64,000 nucleotides of DNA from Methanobacteriota archaeon (GCA_020697715.1 JAEHCO010000003.1:184020-248019), one strand, 5' to 3'; shown: positions 49,901 to 57,429, counted from the first letter of the stretch. Notes: a model not told the origin generated them from the sequence alone. Translations and numbers: made by a program.

Positions 49901-51767
49901 GGGTCACACCGGTAACTGTGCCGCTCATTCCTCCTGTGTTGAACCCATCCATGAAAAGGAGTCTGCCCTTGTCGACAGTGTACCATCCATCTCCTGTAGT
50001 TACAGCACCTGGCGAGGCTCCTGTCGTGTCATCTGCTTGTATGTCTGCTAGTAAGTCATTTGTGGTATCTGTTCCTCCGACTACATTGGCAAATGCATCT
50101 CCACCAACTCCGCTAGCTGCGACTTCCTGTATGGTCTCGATATCACCAGCCGCTGGCACACCTTCATCGATGTTCTGCCAGTAAGGAGGGCCTGCTGTTC
50201 CACCCACAGTTCCTTCAACCGCGATATCGGATGCCACGGTGTAATTGGCCCAAACATCACCGCCAGTTGTTGCTTCTGTGATGGTCTGCGTCAAACCATC
50301 AGATGGGTTGATCTCATCAATATTGGTGTATGTGTTTGTAACAGTTCCATGATTGGCTGCATTTGGCTGATCCAGGTCAACTGTATAATTGGAATAAACA
50401 TCTCCGCCAGAGGTGATCTCGGTTATTGTCTCAATAAGCCCGTCAGCGGGATCTATCTCATCTATGTTCAGATATCCATTGGCAGCAGGTACGACAGTTC
50501 CATGAACAGCCACATTTGGCTGGTCCAAGTCCACTGTATAATTTGCATAATTGTTCACTCCCGCCGCGACTTCCTGAATGGTCTGGACTCCAGCTCCATG
50601 TGTATTTGCCTCAGTTCCCGCAACAGTTCCGTGATTGGCAGCATCCACTGGATCCAGGTCCGTGGTATAATTGGCCCATGTATTGACCCCTCCGCCACTT
50701 CCAACCGGATCAAGCCAGTTATATCCGCTGTGGCATCCCCAACAGATGTCCCCTTCTTTCTGATGTGACATTCCAGTTGCTGTTGTGATCTCATTGAATA
50801 TCGCGGTCATATTAGAGGAAACATGCGTGTCACCGCGATCATGGCAACCATTCAACCTGTTCGCACAGGTGATGTTCTTGGCTGCATGAAATTCAGTATC
50901 CAGAACCTCCTGGCTATCAATATGACAGGAGTCACATCCTGTTCCCATAAGGTGAGTGAGATTGCTTGGTTGGGTGGCCGTGTGGTGACCGCCACTATCG
51001 CCCAATCTGGCTGCCACTACATCATTGTGGCATCCACTTGCACCATCACCGCAATTCACATCATTTCCACCAATATATGTATGAGATTCTCCGACCTTGG
51101 TCCATGTATATGTATTCTCATGTGTTGAGAAACTGGTCTCCACATTCGTGATCGCATAGCTCACATCGATAGTGAAATTATAATAATCTGGACGTTCATA
51201 AGTTACATTGACATCGAAGCCAGTATGACAAACTATGCAGGCTTCATTGGGTCCTTTATTGTAGATGCTCGCTCCTGCATTGGAGAACATATCTTGGTGT
51301 GCTTCTGTACTATAACTTATATTGGTCGCCACGGTATCATGACAACTAATACAACTAGGCAATGCCGCAACGTGCTGGTCATCATACTCATTAGAAACAT
51401 CCTGATGACAATCTGGACAGGTCATTCCCTCATGTGGCTCAGTACCAGGGGTACCTAACATGTCTGTGAATTCCAGGCCGACATCATCATGGCAATCGAG
51501 ACAAGCCTTTCCAGTGTTCCAATCATGTTGTGAGGAGAACAATGATACCGTGATAGCTCCAATAGAAATAGCGGCTATAGCCAGTATCATTATCAAAAGC
51601 AAGGCCTTTTTTGATATCACTATGGATGGGGTAGGAGTGAACGCCTTCGCTGTAGTGGCACTAAAAGATGAATCCGCACCCGGGTCGCCCCCGACCTCCG
51701 GTTTCATATCTGGCTGACTATCAATGTCAGGTCCATTTTCTATTTCCATTGCCATGTTGATCCGCAA
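43995..51767 (-). CDS. Giant extracellular multiheme cytochrome c (~2590 aa; 22 CxxCH + 13 CX3-9CH motifs)
   Basis: Signal/TM then TVS-LFSSQHDW; two tetraheme modules; heme-free beta-sandwich region; Geobacter-type CxxxxCH/CxxCH repeats; DxDxDG loops; true start may be ATG 51755 or 51749. Confidence 0.92.
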   Translation of the reverse strand: MRINMAMEIENGPDIDSQPDMKPEVGGDPGADSSFSATTAKAFTPTPSIVISKKALLLIMILAIAAISIGAITVSLFSSQHDWNTGKACLDCHDDVGLEFTDMLGTPGTEPHEGMTCPDCHQDVSNEYDDQHVAALPSCISCHDTVATNISYSTEAHQDMFSNAGASIYNKGPNEACIVCHTGFDVNVTYERPDYYNFTIDVSYAITNVETSFSTHENTYTWTKVGESHTYIGGNDVNCGDGASGCHNDVVAARLGDSGGHHTATQPSNLTHLMGTGCDSCHIDSQEVLDTEFHAAKNITCANRLNGCHDRGDTHVSSNMTAIFNEITTATGMSHQKEGDICWGCHSGYNWLDPVGSGGGVNTWANYTTDLDPVDAANHGTVAGTEANTHGAGVQTIQEVAAGVNNYANYTVDLDQPNVAVHGTVVPAANGYLNIDEIDPADGLIETITEITSGGDVYSNYTVDLDQPNAANHGTVTNTYTNIDEINPSDGLTQTITEATTGGDVWANYTVASDIAVEGTVGGTAGPPYWQNIDEGVPAAGDIETIQEVAASGVGGDAFANVVGGTDTTNDLLADIQADDTTGASPGAVTTGDGWYTVDKGRLLFMDGFNTGGMSGTVTGVTLEVQYSVEAGYNGNNPIRWALDAGALASTGITPTNGQVDLTATYDLFANGVTTLAQITTLDVEFTSNDGGPGDAVSFDYIKIIVTTAGGAPSLEHKWTTDSIPSGYTALNLYVRALSTAPGDDVFSVFWSNDDVTYTDTGININNAAMTTYAPYTFPLGETGVLYIQVIDDNTGDALLTTCQIDTIRLEWYESIPVVASLEHRWRTDNIAAGADTLTLFVDAQYNPVGSDDTFTVYWSTDDVTYNPTTITINTNVMTTYSWNFPAATSGVLYLSVVDNSLADSQADSVIIDIVRIQHLVNNPVTASLEHRWRTDNIPAGATTLTLYVEGRHNTGSDDTFTIEWSTDDVTYNPTTITINSDTLTSYNWNFPGATSGVLYLRVVDDNAVDSQADDVIIERIRIQWIEAVGGTYSLEHIWRTESIPAGADDLTLIVDARFLAAGSDDDFQIGYSTVQAGPYTPVITVNTNVVTTYSSAIPVMSGPIYLNVIDTNNADAAQQDTVEIDDIRIMWHDFSPAAGSGLTIQVWTEPSNVVNVWNDSTTAFEQVYPRVVNSCADCHDDTGTNPVPFGSGKYINHLNESVSNYDYTHCEDCHDTAAEPWYPHDIPHVVDIDWTTYAAAADTNVDNAFCDVVCHYSDLDSRVPYQDASTPWMKDIFTSFTNDGAKHTTSTLIDADGTVECVDCHPDHLLKPDDTDDGAQLFGGSSIQGCGDQDMGVGGCHLVDNGVVDGAAIDNRETPPTHGTSTSWVVSGRDDCTSAGCHYKHNYPFDPTEGHNPTAECHPSGITCGADSNSHNKHIAADWNIPDYDYNCSQCHFNSAGAQDGWFDTTYGTAEHGDGTLQVRFNTTAPSTVGIATYANNLAPAYNTTTNMECDNTYCHSDGYVAGFSWNAASPEWDTPGVACGDCHDMAPTTSSHPMHTNGAPYNFDCSECHFVAGSSGAGSGYFDTTYGTSQHVDGQVQVVFNNTANGLALQFGNAAFTGVWNAGTDTCSDIFCHDPTDGVDGNAQDPTPIWDNAATSYCSAGGGGSCHGDNTVGNKPLTNNHPEHAETEAYRCGECHWDSVAGSPSTDGTYGTASHVDGDFDVAWWDNAGAGFPPGLQTSAEWGWTQVNYVSGNTCDVYCHDAVTDDDATITTWTPNWGDATAAACDLCHGGEWADTTPIETGSHTGHINPARANMVCSECHLQTGAGVYYLPGDNAFSHIDGQISFDFTGDFDAYITTANLYPDNTGSLLEGDASYGTCDVNDANCHPDGREWGGACHPGGIDCGADSYQHVKHIVVDWSIPDYDYNCSQCHFNSAGDQDGWYDTTYGTAEHGDGVLQVRFNTTAPSTVGIATYANALAPTYNATSNSLCANTYCHSDGNASGFTAGVTPDWLSDNVGCGDCHDVPMTSYAHARHTSNNLPNANPNYAFDCSECHYVAGTSAGGWTDTTYGSILHVDGKVDVAFDSSANGIGSFGGTITPDAYETNGAGVCSNVYCHSNGYDIGGAGDIYFDTPAWNSLTPASCGDCHGMPNYNDGADRELGGTVTGGSASHLKHTRNFGGAWGATRNLAYIDNDGDGAYDANEVVISDNDGNYLLDPGRLDGTGSPDEVITAGLADITRFSATDDIWWADADNDNAYDYQEDITFDMNGDGTYWEQGERLYDGTGATGNWKHIQSNANAVDRVAYMDADHDGVYDGRAGFKETIIIESTDGGTTLLTINTDEQLTSQHWVLQYPAVSAGATWTDGNANTYYDGGPWWDVYFAWYDYDCSECHYNNPPTAGLGTYGTSLHVDMTPQVYTTVDPVSISDQFNWAGTNPTYNTGTKVCTNTWCHSNAIDDDGDSVAGVGAVTAADHISASPDWDNPNVGCGNCHGASINMYNEGTIGTDHPDSYPHSTGAHQDAEEGDMWDFDNDGTYDENGEAPCRTCHTPGGDAYWEAYGMGSHVDGYYTQWDTGTRLYIYPGSNPSGTAGTYPSWECHKTDFV
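45810..47564 (-). repeat. Internal duplication in the giant cytochrome (about 47250-47564 vs 45810-46121)
   Basis: Both copies encode CHPxGIxCGADS..H.KH...IPDYDYNCSQCHFNSAG.QDGW.DTTYGTAEHGDG.LQVRFNTTAPSTVGIATYAN.LAP.YN..C.NTYCHSDG, with clear DNA similarity. Confidence 0.9.
48361..49630 (-). repeat. Four ~320-bp SLEHxWxT coding repeats
   Basis: SLEHKW, SLEHRW, SLEHRW, SLEHIW units, each about 105 aa and ending I(D/E).(I/V)R(I/L). Confidence 0.9.
50105..50690 (-). repeat. Four ~130-155-bp (W/Y)xNYT...GTV...TIxE coding repeats
   Basis: WANYTTDLD, YANYTVDLD, YSNYTVDLD, WANYTVASD units, each ending TIQE or TITE. Confidence 0.88.
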
Positions 51768-51937
51768 GCTTTGGTTGGTTAAACTATATATTTATTATAG
51801 TTATGTTAAACAGTGTATGTAACCTATTTAATATAATAGTTACGGGCTTATTTTCAATAAGCCAGATTATGCGCCATAATACACAACCGAAAGGCATATA
51901 AAAGTCAGTGATATGTCCTCTTATTGGAGAAAGTCTC

Positions 51938-52369
51938 ATGCAAATTGAAGAGTACACATTTCCGGATGACCTGTATTTCCACAAGGAACACTACTGGGCA
52001 AGAGTAGAAGGCGACGTTGTAGTTATTGGCGTTAGCGATTTCGCTCAGAAGCTGGCAGGAACAATTAAAAGAGTGGTCACACTGGAAGAAGACGATGAGA
52101 TCGTCCGCGACAAGCCAATTGGTACATTGTCTAGCGGGAAATGGACAGGAAAATTATACGCACCTATCAGTGGTGAGATAGTTGAGGTAAATGAGGATAT
52201 CGAGGATGAGCCAAATCTCATCAATGAGGATCCTTATGGAGAAGGCTGGGTCATAAAAGTGGAACCTAGTGACCTCGATGCAGACCTCGCCACCCTCAAG
52301 AAGCCAGGCCCAGAGTTCGAGGCCTGGATGAAGAAAGAGATCGAAGAAAAGAAAGCTTTGGTAAAGTAA
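51938..52369 (+). CDS. gcvH: Second GcvH-like lipoyl carrier (LbpA-like SGKW motif)
   Basis: YFHKEHYW, IGVSDFAQKLAG, TLSSGKWTGKLYAPISGEIVEVN, INEDPYGEGW; ATG 51938. Confidence 0.9.
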   Translation: MQIEEYTFPDDLYFHKEHYWARVEGDVVVIGVSDFAQKLAGTIKRVVTLEEDDEIVRDKPIGTLSSGKWTGKLYAPISGEIVEVNEDIEDEPNLINEDPYGEGWVIKVEPSDLDADLATLKKPGPEFEAWMKKEIEEKKALVK

Positions 52370-52432
52370 AATTGACCAAAGGCGATCTGTCGGGATCTTT
52401 GCGTTGTTAGTATTGTCATATAGTGTAGCTTG

Positions 52433-52463
52433 AAGCTTGCGTATTTGGGCGCAAGCTTTTTTT
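52433..52463 (+). terminator. Hairpin + T7 terminator after gcvH
   Basis: AAGCTTGCG-tatttggg-CGCAAGCTT followed by TTTTT. Confidence 0.65.
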
Positions 52464-52511
52464 CAATTTATGGATTATTGGGTATGGTAGGTGTTTAGGG
52501 TTTTAGAAAGA

Positions 52512-52628
52512 TTGACACCCCCGCCATTCTGACGGGGTTCTAGGGATCCATTTTTAATTGTCACTCGAATTCTCATCGAATCCAGTACCCCGCCCTTATG
52601 AATATTTAATGAATGATCCAGACGGGGC
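52512..52628 (-). repeat. Two related CCCCGTC...GGCGGGG hairpins (possible IS200/IS605-end or REP-like remnant)
   Basis: Minus strand GAACCCCGTCAGAATGGCGGGGGTGTCAA and GCCCCGTC-(25 nt)-GGGCGGGGT. Confidence 0.35.
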
Positions 52629-52667
52629 ATGCCGTTGAGAAACGCTTTGCAGGCTTCGCGCAAAGCT

Positions 52668-53750
52668 CTACTTCTTAAAAATGGGCTTGCAGTTGACAGC
52701 CCGATTCATTCTGTCTGGTCCCAATAATCTCATCGACATCTCCAGGGTCCAGTTCCTCTTGAAGGCCTTGTCCGCCATCCTCTTTGTATCCAGAGCATTA
52801 TCCAGCTCTGGGCCGACATTCATCCTCCACTCTTCCTCGTATTTTTGGAGTGGTGTGTTGTCCTTGAAATTCTGAGCTATGACATTTCCAGCTATCCTGC
52901 CGCATATCATGGATATCGGTATACCGCCTCCATTTGTCGCCATCACTTGTCCAGCCGCATCCCCGACTATCATTACATTATCTTTGACAGTTTGCGGGAT
53001 GGGCCCTGATATTGGAACAAATCCCGCACTCAATTGCTCGATCTTTCCCAGGCCTCGGACCTTTAGGAATTTATCCAACATATTCCTCAATGACACATTC
53101 CCTGTCTTCTGAATGCCAAGGCCGACATTCGCCCCGTCGCCCTTTGGGATCACCCAGGCATAGCCGCCAGGTGCGATCGTGCCGAAGAACATCTCCACAA
53201 TAGGCTCGAAATCCCCGGATACCTGTCCGAGCATGCAGGGGCACAGGACATGCTCGACCTGCATTCCTGCGGATTCTGCAACTTTGGATTTGAAACCATC
53301 GGCTCCGACAATGACCTTCGCTTTTATGCTTCCTTTATCGGTCTCGACCATGTTTCCATCTAAGGACAGGAATTTTGTCCCTGTCCTTAGGTCGGCTCCC
53401 GCATCTGTCGCCTTGCTGGCCAGATGTTTGTCGAAGTATCTTCTATCTACTGTGAATCCTTCAAAATCAATGTCATATTTCCGGTTCTTAGGTGATACGA
53501 ACCGGATCTTCTCCGTCTTCATCTTGATAAGCCCGTCATCGATATTGAAAAGCTCTGATTGATCCTTCACCCTGGGTATGATCCTTTTCATCTCATTGGT
53601 GGATGGTATGAACTCCCCGCATTGAACTGGCTCACCAACTGCTTTTCTCTGATCGATGATAATTACATTTAAGCCAGATCTGGCTGCATAATATGCTGTT
53701 GAACTTCCTGCAGGCCCGGCTCCGATAACTGCGACATCGAATTCTTCCAT
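52668..53750 (-). CDS. Geranylgeranyl reductase family protein (DGGGPL reductase-like)
   Basis: IGAGPAG, GEPVQCGE, APGGYAWVIPKG, VGDAAGQV..NGGGI. Confidence 0.9.
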   Translation of the reverse strand: MEEFDVAVIGAGPAGSSTAYYAARSGLNVIIIDQRKAVGEPVQCGEFIPSTNEMKRIIPRVKDQSELFNIDDGLIKMKTEKIRFVSPKNRKYDIDFEGFTVDRRYFDKHLASKATDAGADLRTGTKFLSLDGNMVETDKGSIKAKVIVGADGFKSKVAESAGMQVEHVLCPCMLGQVSGDFEPIVEMFFGTIAPGGYAWVIPKGDGANVGLGIQKTGNVSLRNMLDKFLKVRGLGKIEQLSAGFVPISGPIPQTVKDNVMIVGDAAGQVMATNGGGIPISMICGRIAGNVIAQNFKDNTPLQKYEEEWRMNVGPELDNALDTKRMADKAFKRNWTLEMSMRLLGPDRMNRAVNCKPIFKK

Positions 53751-53789
53751 TTTGGATCACTCTGTTCTTGTTTACAATTTTCACGATCA

Positions 53790-54761
53790 TCAATGATTTC
53801 TGTCCACTGCGAAATCGGACAGTGCCAGTAGCTTGTCCCATTCTTCAGTTCTGGTATTTATCTGCTCCAATGCGTCGCTCGCCTTGTTCCCGTAAACCAT
53901 GGAGAGATCATGGGCATAATCAATAGAGCCAACATCCTTCATGATCCTGATGGCCTCCATGATATCATCATTGGAATTCTCATTATTTGTTATGACCTTC
54001 TTCATATGGTCATTGTCCGAACCTTTGGAATTATTAAGTGCATGAATTGAAAGGATGGTCATCTTTCCCTCGTTCAGATCATTCCCTATGACCTTCCCGG
54101 TATTGCTCTTCGAGCCTACCACATCGAGGATATCATCCATTATCTGGAAACCGATCCCCATATTGAGCCCGTAATCGCTCAATAGCTCATTGTCCTTCTC
54201 TGAAGCACCAGCCATTAACCCTCCGGCTTTCGAGCTGGCTGAGATGGGCCCAGCGGTCTTCTGCTCGATGATATTGAGATAATCCTGCTCTGAAAGCAGA
54301 ACATTCTGAATGTTCTGCGATTGTATGATCTCACCAATGGCCTGTGATATACAAGCTCCCGTGATGACGTCCCTTATTTCTTTATTATATTCGCTGAGCA
54401 GTTCGAAGGCCTTGACAAAAAGATAATCCCCAGTTAGAAGAGCCGCGCTGGTCCCGAATTTGATATGGGCTGTTGGTATGCCTCTTCTCACTACGCTTCT
54501 GTCATTGATATCATCATGTATCAATGTCCCAGTGTGTATGAGCTCCATGGATGCTGCTAATGGAACCGCGCTTTTGATATCCGTGCCGTTCAGGGCCTTG
54601 TAGGCGGACAGCATGACCGCTGGTCTGATCCTCTTGCCACCTGAGTCTATCACATGGTGGGATACCTTCTCGATAATGGCAATACCACAGTTGATATTGT
54701 CGTTAATGATATCATCTACGAGTTTCATTTCCTCGGATGAGTATAACTCAACGTCCATCAT
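53790..54761 (-). CDS. trans-polyprenyl diphosphate synthase (likely long-chain)
   Basis: GGKRIRP, HTGTLIHDDIND..RRG, KT, FQIMDDILD. Confidence 0.9.
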   Translation of the reverse strand: MMDVELYSSEEMKLVDDIINDNINCGIAIIEKVSHHVIDSGGKRIRPAVMLSAYKALNGTDIKSAVPLAASMELIHTGTLIHDDINDRSVVRRGIPTAHIKFGTSAALLTGDYLFVKAFELLSEYNKEIRDVITGACISQAIGEIIQSQNIQNVLLSEQDYLNIIEQKTAGPISASSKAGGLMAGASEKDNELLSDYGLNMGIGFQIMDDILDVVGSKSNTGKVIGNDLNEGKMTILSIHALNNSKGSDNDHMKKVITNNENSNDDIMEAIRIMKDVGSIDYAHDLSMVYGNKASDALEQINTRTEEWDKLLALSDFAVDRNH

Positions 54762-54921
54762 AGCTTTCGAGTGCAGATTATTGATATTCTATATAAAGAG
54801 TTCTCACAATAGATATCATAACTATATATCATTATGATCTGACAAATTAGGATATGGAGCCAAATTTAGGATCAAATACTTGAGCTTGATATGTGAATGA
54901 GATTTCAGGGTCTGATAGTTC

Positions 54922-55158
54922 TCACATATCAAGAGTGGCCTTGTGGATCACTTTCTGGGCCTTATCTTCATCGAAGAACATCTTGATGGCTTGCAGAACA
55001 TGCTTTTGTAGAACTATGCCCATCATCTTCTCATCAATATCGTCCTCATTAAATCCAAGGTCCTTAAGTCCTTTTTTCAAGAACATACCAGCCATGTCTT
55101 GATGAACACCATTTGATATCAGGGAGGCCTTTACATTTTCATAAATAGCATTTCCCAT
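54922..55158 (-). CDS. Small hypothetical protein downstream of nuoD
   Basis: 78 aa, preceded by GAGGTGG SD, same strand as nuoABCD. Confidence 0.6.
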   Translation of the reverse strand: MGNAIYENVKASLISNGVHQDMAGMFLKKGLKDLGFNEDDIDEKMMGIVLQKHVLQAIKMFFDEDKAQKVIHKATLDM

Positions 55159-55175
55159 TTACCCCACCTCTCCAT

Positions 55176-56264
55176 CTACCTGTCAGTTTCACCAATGCAA
55201 ACATCGATACTTCCCATTATCGAGGGAACATCCGCTATCCTATTTCCGATCAGTATGGTTGGTGAGGCAGATATATTAATGAAGGCCGGACTTTTGATAT
55301 CCACTCTGTACGGCTTATCTGTTCCATTACCTATCATGTGTATGGATGAGTCACCTCTTGGATCTGCTGTCCTGGTGAATACCTCAGAGCCTTTTGGAGC
55401 CTTCTTTGGAACATTCTGAGCCATTATCGGGCCAGCAGGCATATCCTTCAGAGCCTGCTTGATTATGCTCATGCTCTCCCTCATCTCGTTCATTCTAACG
55501 CGATATCTGGAATAGCAATCGCCCCTTTTCTCGACACAGATGGCGAAATCAAGTTTATCATAAACGAGATATGGATCATGCCTTCTCAGATCATATGGAA
55601 CTCCACTGGCACGTAGATTGGGGCCAGTGACTCCCAGATCAATGGCGTCATCGGGTCTCAATATACCGACATCCATCGTCCTCATGAGGATCATGTCATT
55701 GTCATCCATCATGCCCTCGTATTCTTGTAATTTCTGCTCAAGAACAGCTATCTGCTTGAGTGTCTCTTCCTCGAATCTGTCTGGGGTGTCATTCCTCACC
55801 CCACCGATCCTGGTGTAATCGTACATGAGCCTTCCGCCAGATATCATCTGCATGAGATCCATGAACAGCTCTCTTTCTCTCATCGGATAAAGGAACATTG
55901 TCAATATCCCAAGGTCGGCGGCATATGCAGCCAGCCATAGAAGGTGATTGATGATCCTCTGTATCTCCAATGTGATAACCCTGATATATTGCGCCCTCTC
56001 CGGAGCCACAACACCCATGAGGTCCTCTACTGTGAAAACATAAAGCGAGCTCCAGGAATGTGCTGAACCATAGCAAAGCCTGTCTGCCAGAGGTATGCTC
56101 TGGGGAAAGGTACGATTCTCCATGATCTTCTCGATCCCACGGTGGAGGTATCCCACTTCAGGAATTGCATCTGTTATGGTCTCACCATCGATCTTGACCT
56201 TCAATGTCCATAATCCATGGGTCATCGGATGTTGCGGACCCATGTTCACCCACATCTCCGCCAT
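55176..56264 (-). CDS. nuoD: Complex I-like subunit D (NuoD/FpoD)
   Basis: NMGPQHPMTHG, GYLHRGIEK, DRLCY, GPNLRASGV, DVCIGETDR; no NiFe CxxC pairs. Confidence 0.93.
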   Translation of the reverse strand: MAEMWVNMGPQHPMTHGLWTLKVKIDGETITDAIPEVGYLHRGIEKIMENRTFPQSIPLADRLCYGSAHSWSSLYVFTVEDLMGVVAPERAQYIRVITLEIQRIINHLLWLAAYAADLGILTMFLYPMRERELFMDLMQMISGGRLMYDYTRIGGVRNDTPDRFEEETLKQIAVLEQKLQEYEGMMDDNDMILMRTMDVGILRPDDAIDLGVTGPNLRASGVPYDLRRHDPYLVYDKLDFAICVEKRGDCYSRYRVRMNEMRESMSIIKQALKDMPAGPIMAQNVPKKAPKGSEVFTRTADPRGDSSIHMIGNGTDKPYRVDIKSPAFINISASPTILIGNRIADVPSIMGSIDVCIGETDR

Positions 56265-56845
56265 TATTGAACCCTCCTGCATTCCTCTTGCCATTTTTTG
56301 GGTTTATCATTTAATTTGTAAGTCTTCCTCAATGGGAAGAAATCCGCATCGTCCCTCAGCATTATCCTTCTGAGGTCTGGATGGTTCTCGAAATTGATTC
56401 CGAACATATCGTATATTTCCCTCTCGTACCAGTTCGCCGCGCGCCATACCCCACAGACCGTGTGGATACTGGGCTCGTCTTTCGGTAGGGAAACTGTGAA
56501 TACAAGAACTGGTGAATGGCTGAGTGAAAAGAGCATGTAGGTGACATCGAAGCCAGTTCTTCTGTCGACACCTGAGATGAAGCTCACGCCTTTGTAATCC
56601 ATATCGTTCTTCAAAATATTGCAGGTCTCGATCAATTTTTCAGCTGGAACTTTGAACTCGATCCTTCTGGGAAGTGTGATCTTCATATCTTCAATATCTG
56701 GGAATTTGCCTTTCAGCATCTGAAGAACTTCCTGCTCTCCAGTCATTCCAGTTTGCAGATTATGTTTGAGCGTATCGGTCTCGAATAGTTCTGGCTTATG
56801 ATGGTCTCGCTGGCCTTGCTCAATTGCCTCTGTTCGCTCACTCAT
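56264..56845 (-). CDS. nuoC: Complex I-like subunit C (NuoC/FpoC)
   Basis: ANWYEREIYDMFGINFENHPDLRRI, FPLRK. Confidence 0.92.
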   Translation of the reverse strand: MSERTEAIEQGQRDHHKPELFETDTLKHNLQTGMTGEQEVLQMLKGKFPDIEDMKITLPRRIEFKVPAEKLIETCNILKNDMDYKGVSFISGVDRRTGFDVTYMLFSLSHSPVLVFTVSLPKDEPSIHTVCGVWRAANWYEREIYDMFGINFENHPDLRRIMLRDDADFFPLRKTYKLNDKPKKWQEECRRVQ

Positions 56846-57429
56846 TTCTCCACCTCCGCATCAAGATTGAACATGCCCTGCTTATTATCCCTGATCATCT
56901 CTTGGAACTTGAAAAGGCCATCGAAGAAGGCCTCGGGCCTCGGTGGGCATCCTGCAATGTAAATGTCAACTTTCATTATCTTGTCAACGCCCTCAATGAT
57001 ATTGTACGACTCCCAGAAAGGACCGCCACTTATGGAACACTCGCCCATGGCCATTACCCATTTTGGCTCTGGCATTTGCTCATAAAGAGTGACGAGCTTC
57101 TTCGCCAACTTATAGCTGACTGGCCCATTCACAATGAGCATATCACATTGTCTGGGACTTGATCTTGGAAGAACACCGAACCTTTCCATATCGAACCTTG
57201 GCCCGAAGGTCGCCATCGGACTCTCCAATGCACAACATGCGATACCGAAATGAAGAGGATATATGGAATTTCTCTGTGCCCAATTAAAGAAGTCGGTCGT
57301 GACATAGTTCACAGCCTTATCGATCTTGGTATTCTTGAGAAATCTTCTTGTGATATCATCGAACCAGTCCAGAAAATCTTCGGAGTTCAGCATAGCGACA
57401 GTCGCGTCGCCGGTCTCGTCTAGATCCAA
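56842..57429 (-). CDS. nuoB: Complex I-like subunit B (NuoB/FpoB)
   Basis: ACCALE, RSSPRQCD, YEQMPEPKWVMAMGECSISGG, GCPPRPE. Confidence 0.94.
   Translation of the reverse strand: MDLDETGDATVAMLNSEDFLDWFDDITRRFLKNTKIDKAVNYVTTDFFNWAQRNSIYPLHFGIACCALESPMATFGPRFDMERFGVLPRSSPRQCDMLIVNGPVSYKLAKKLVTLYEQMPEPKWVMAMGECSISGGPFWESYNIIEGVDKIMKVDIYIAGCPPRPEAFFDGLFKFQEMIRDNKQGMFNLDAEVEK

Noticed and set aside
43991-51717. Numerous short ORFs overlapping the giant cytochrome gene, and similar antisense ORFs across the window
   Set aside because: They are shadow or alternate-frame ORFs of long, motif-rich genes with no recognisable motifs of their own.
52464-52667. tRNA, SRP RNA or SECIS element in the structured spacer
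   Set aside because: No cloverleaf/T-loop consensus or SRP motif was seen, and no selenoprotein gene is adjacent.
55176-57429. Group 4 [NiFe]-hydrogenase large/small subunits
   Set aside because: The large subunit has RLCY and DVCIGETDR, not the two CxxC Ni-binding pairs; it is a complex I/Fpo-type subunit.
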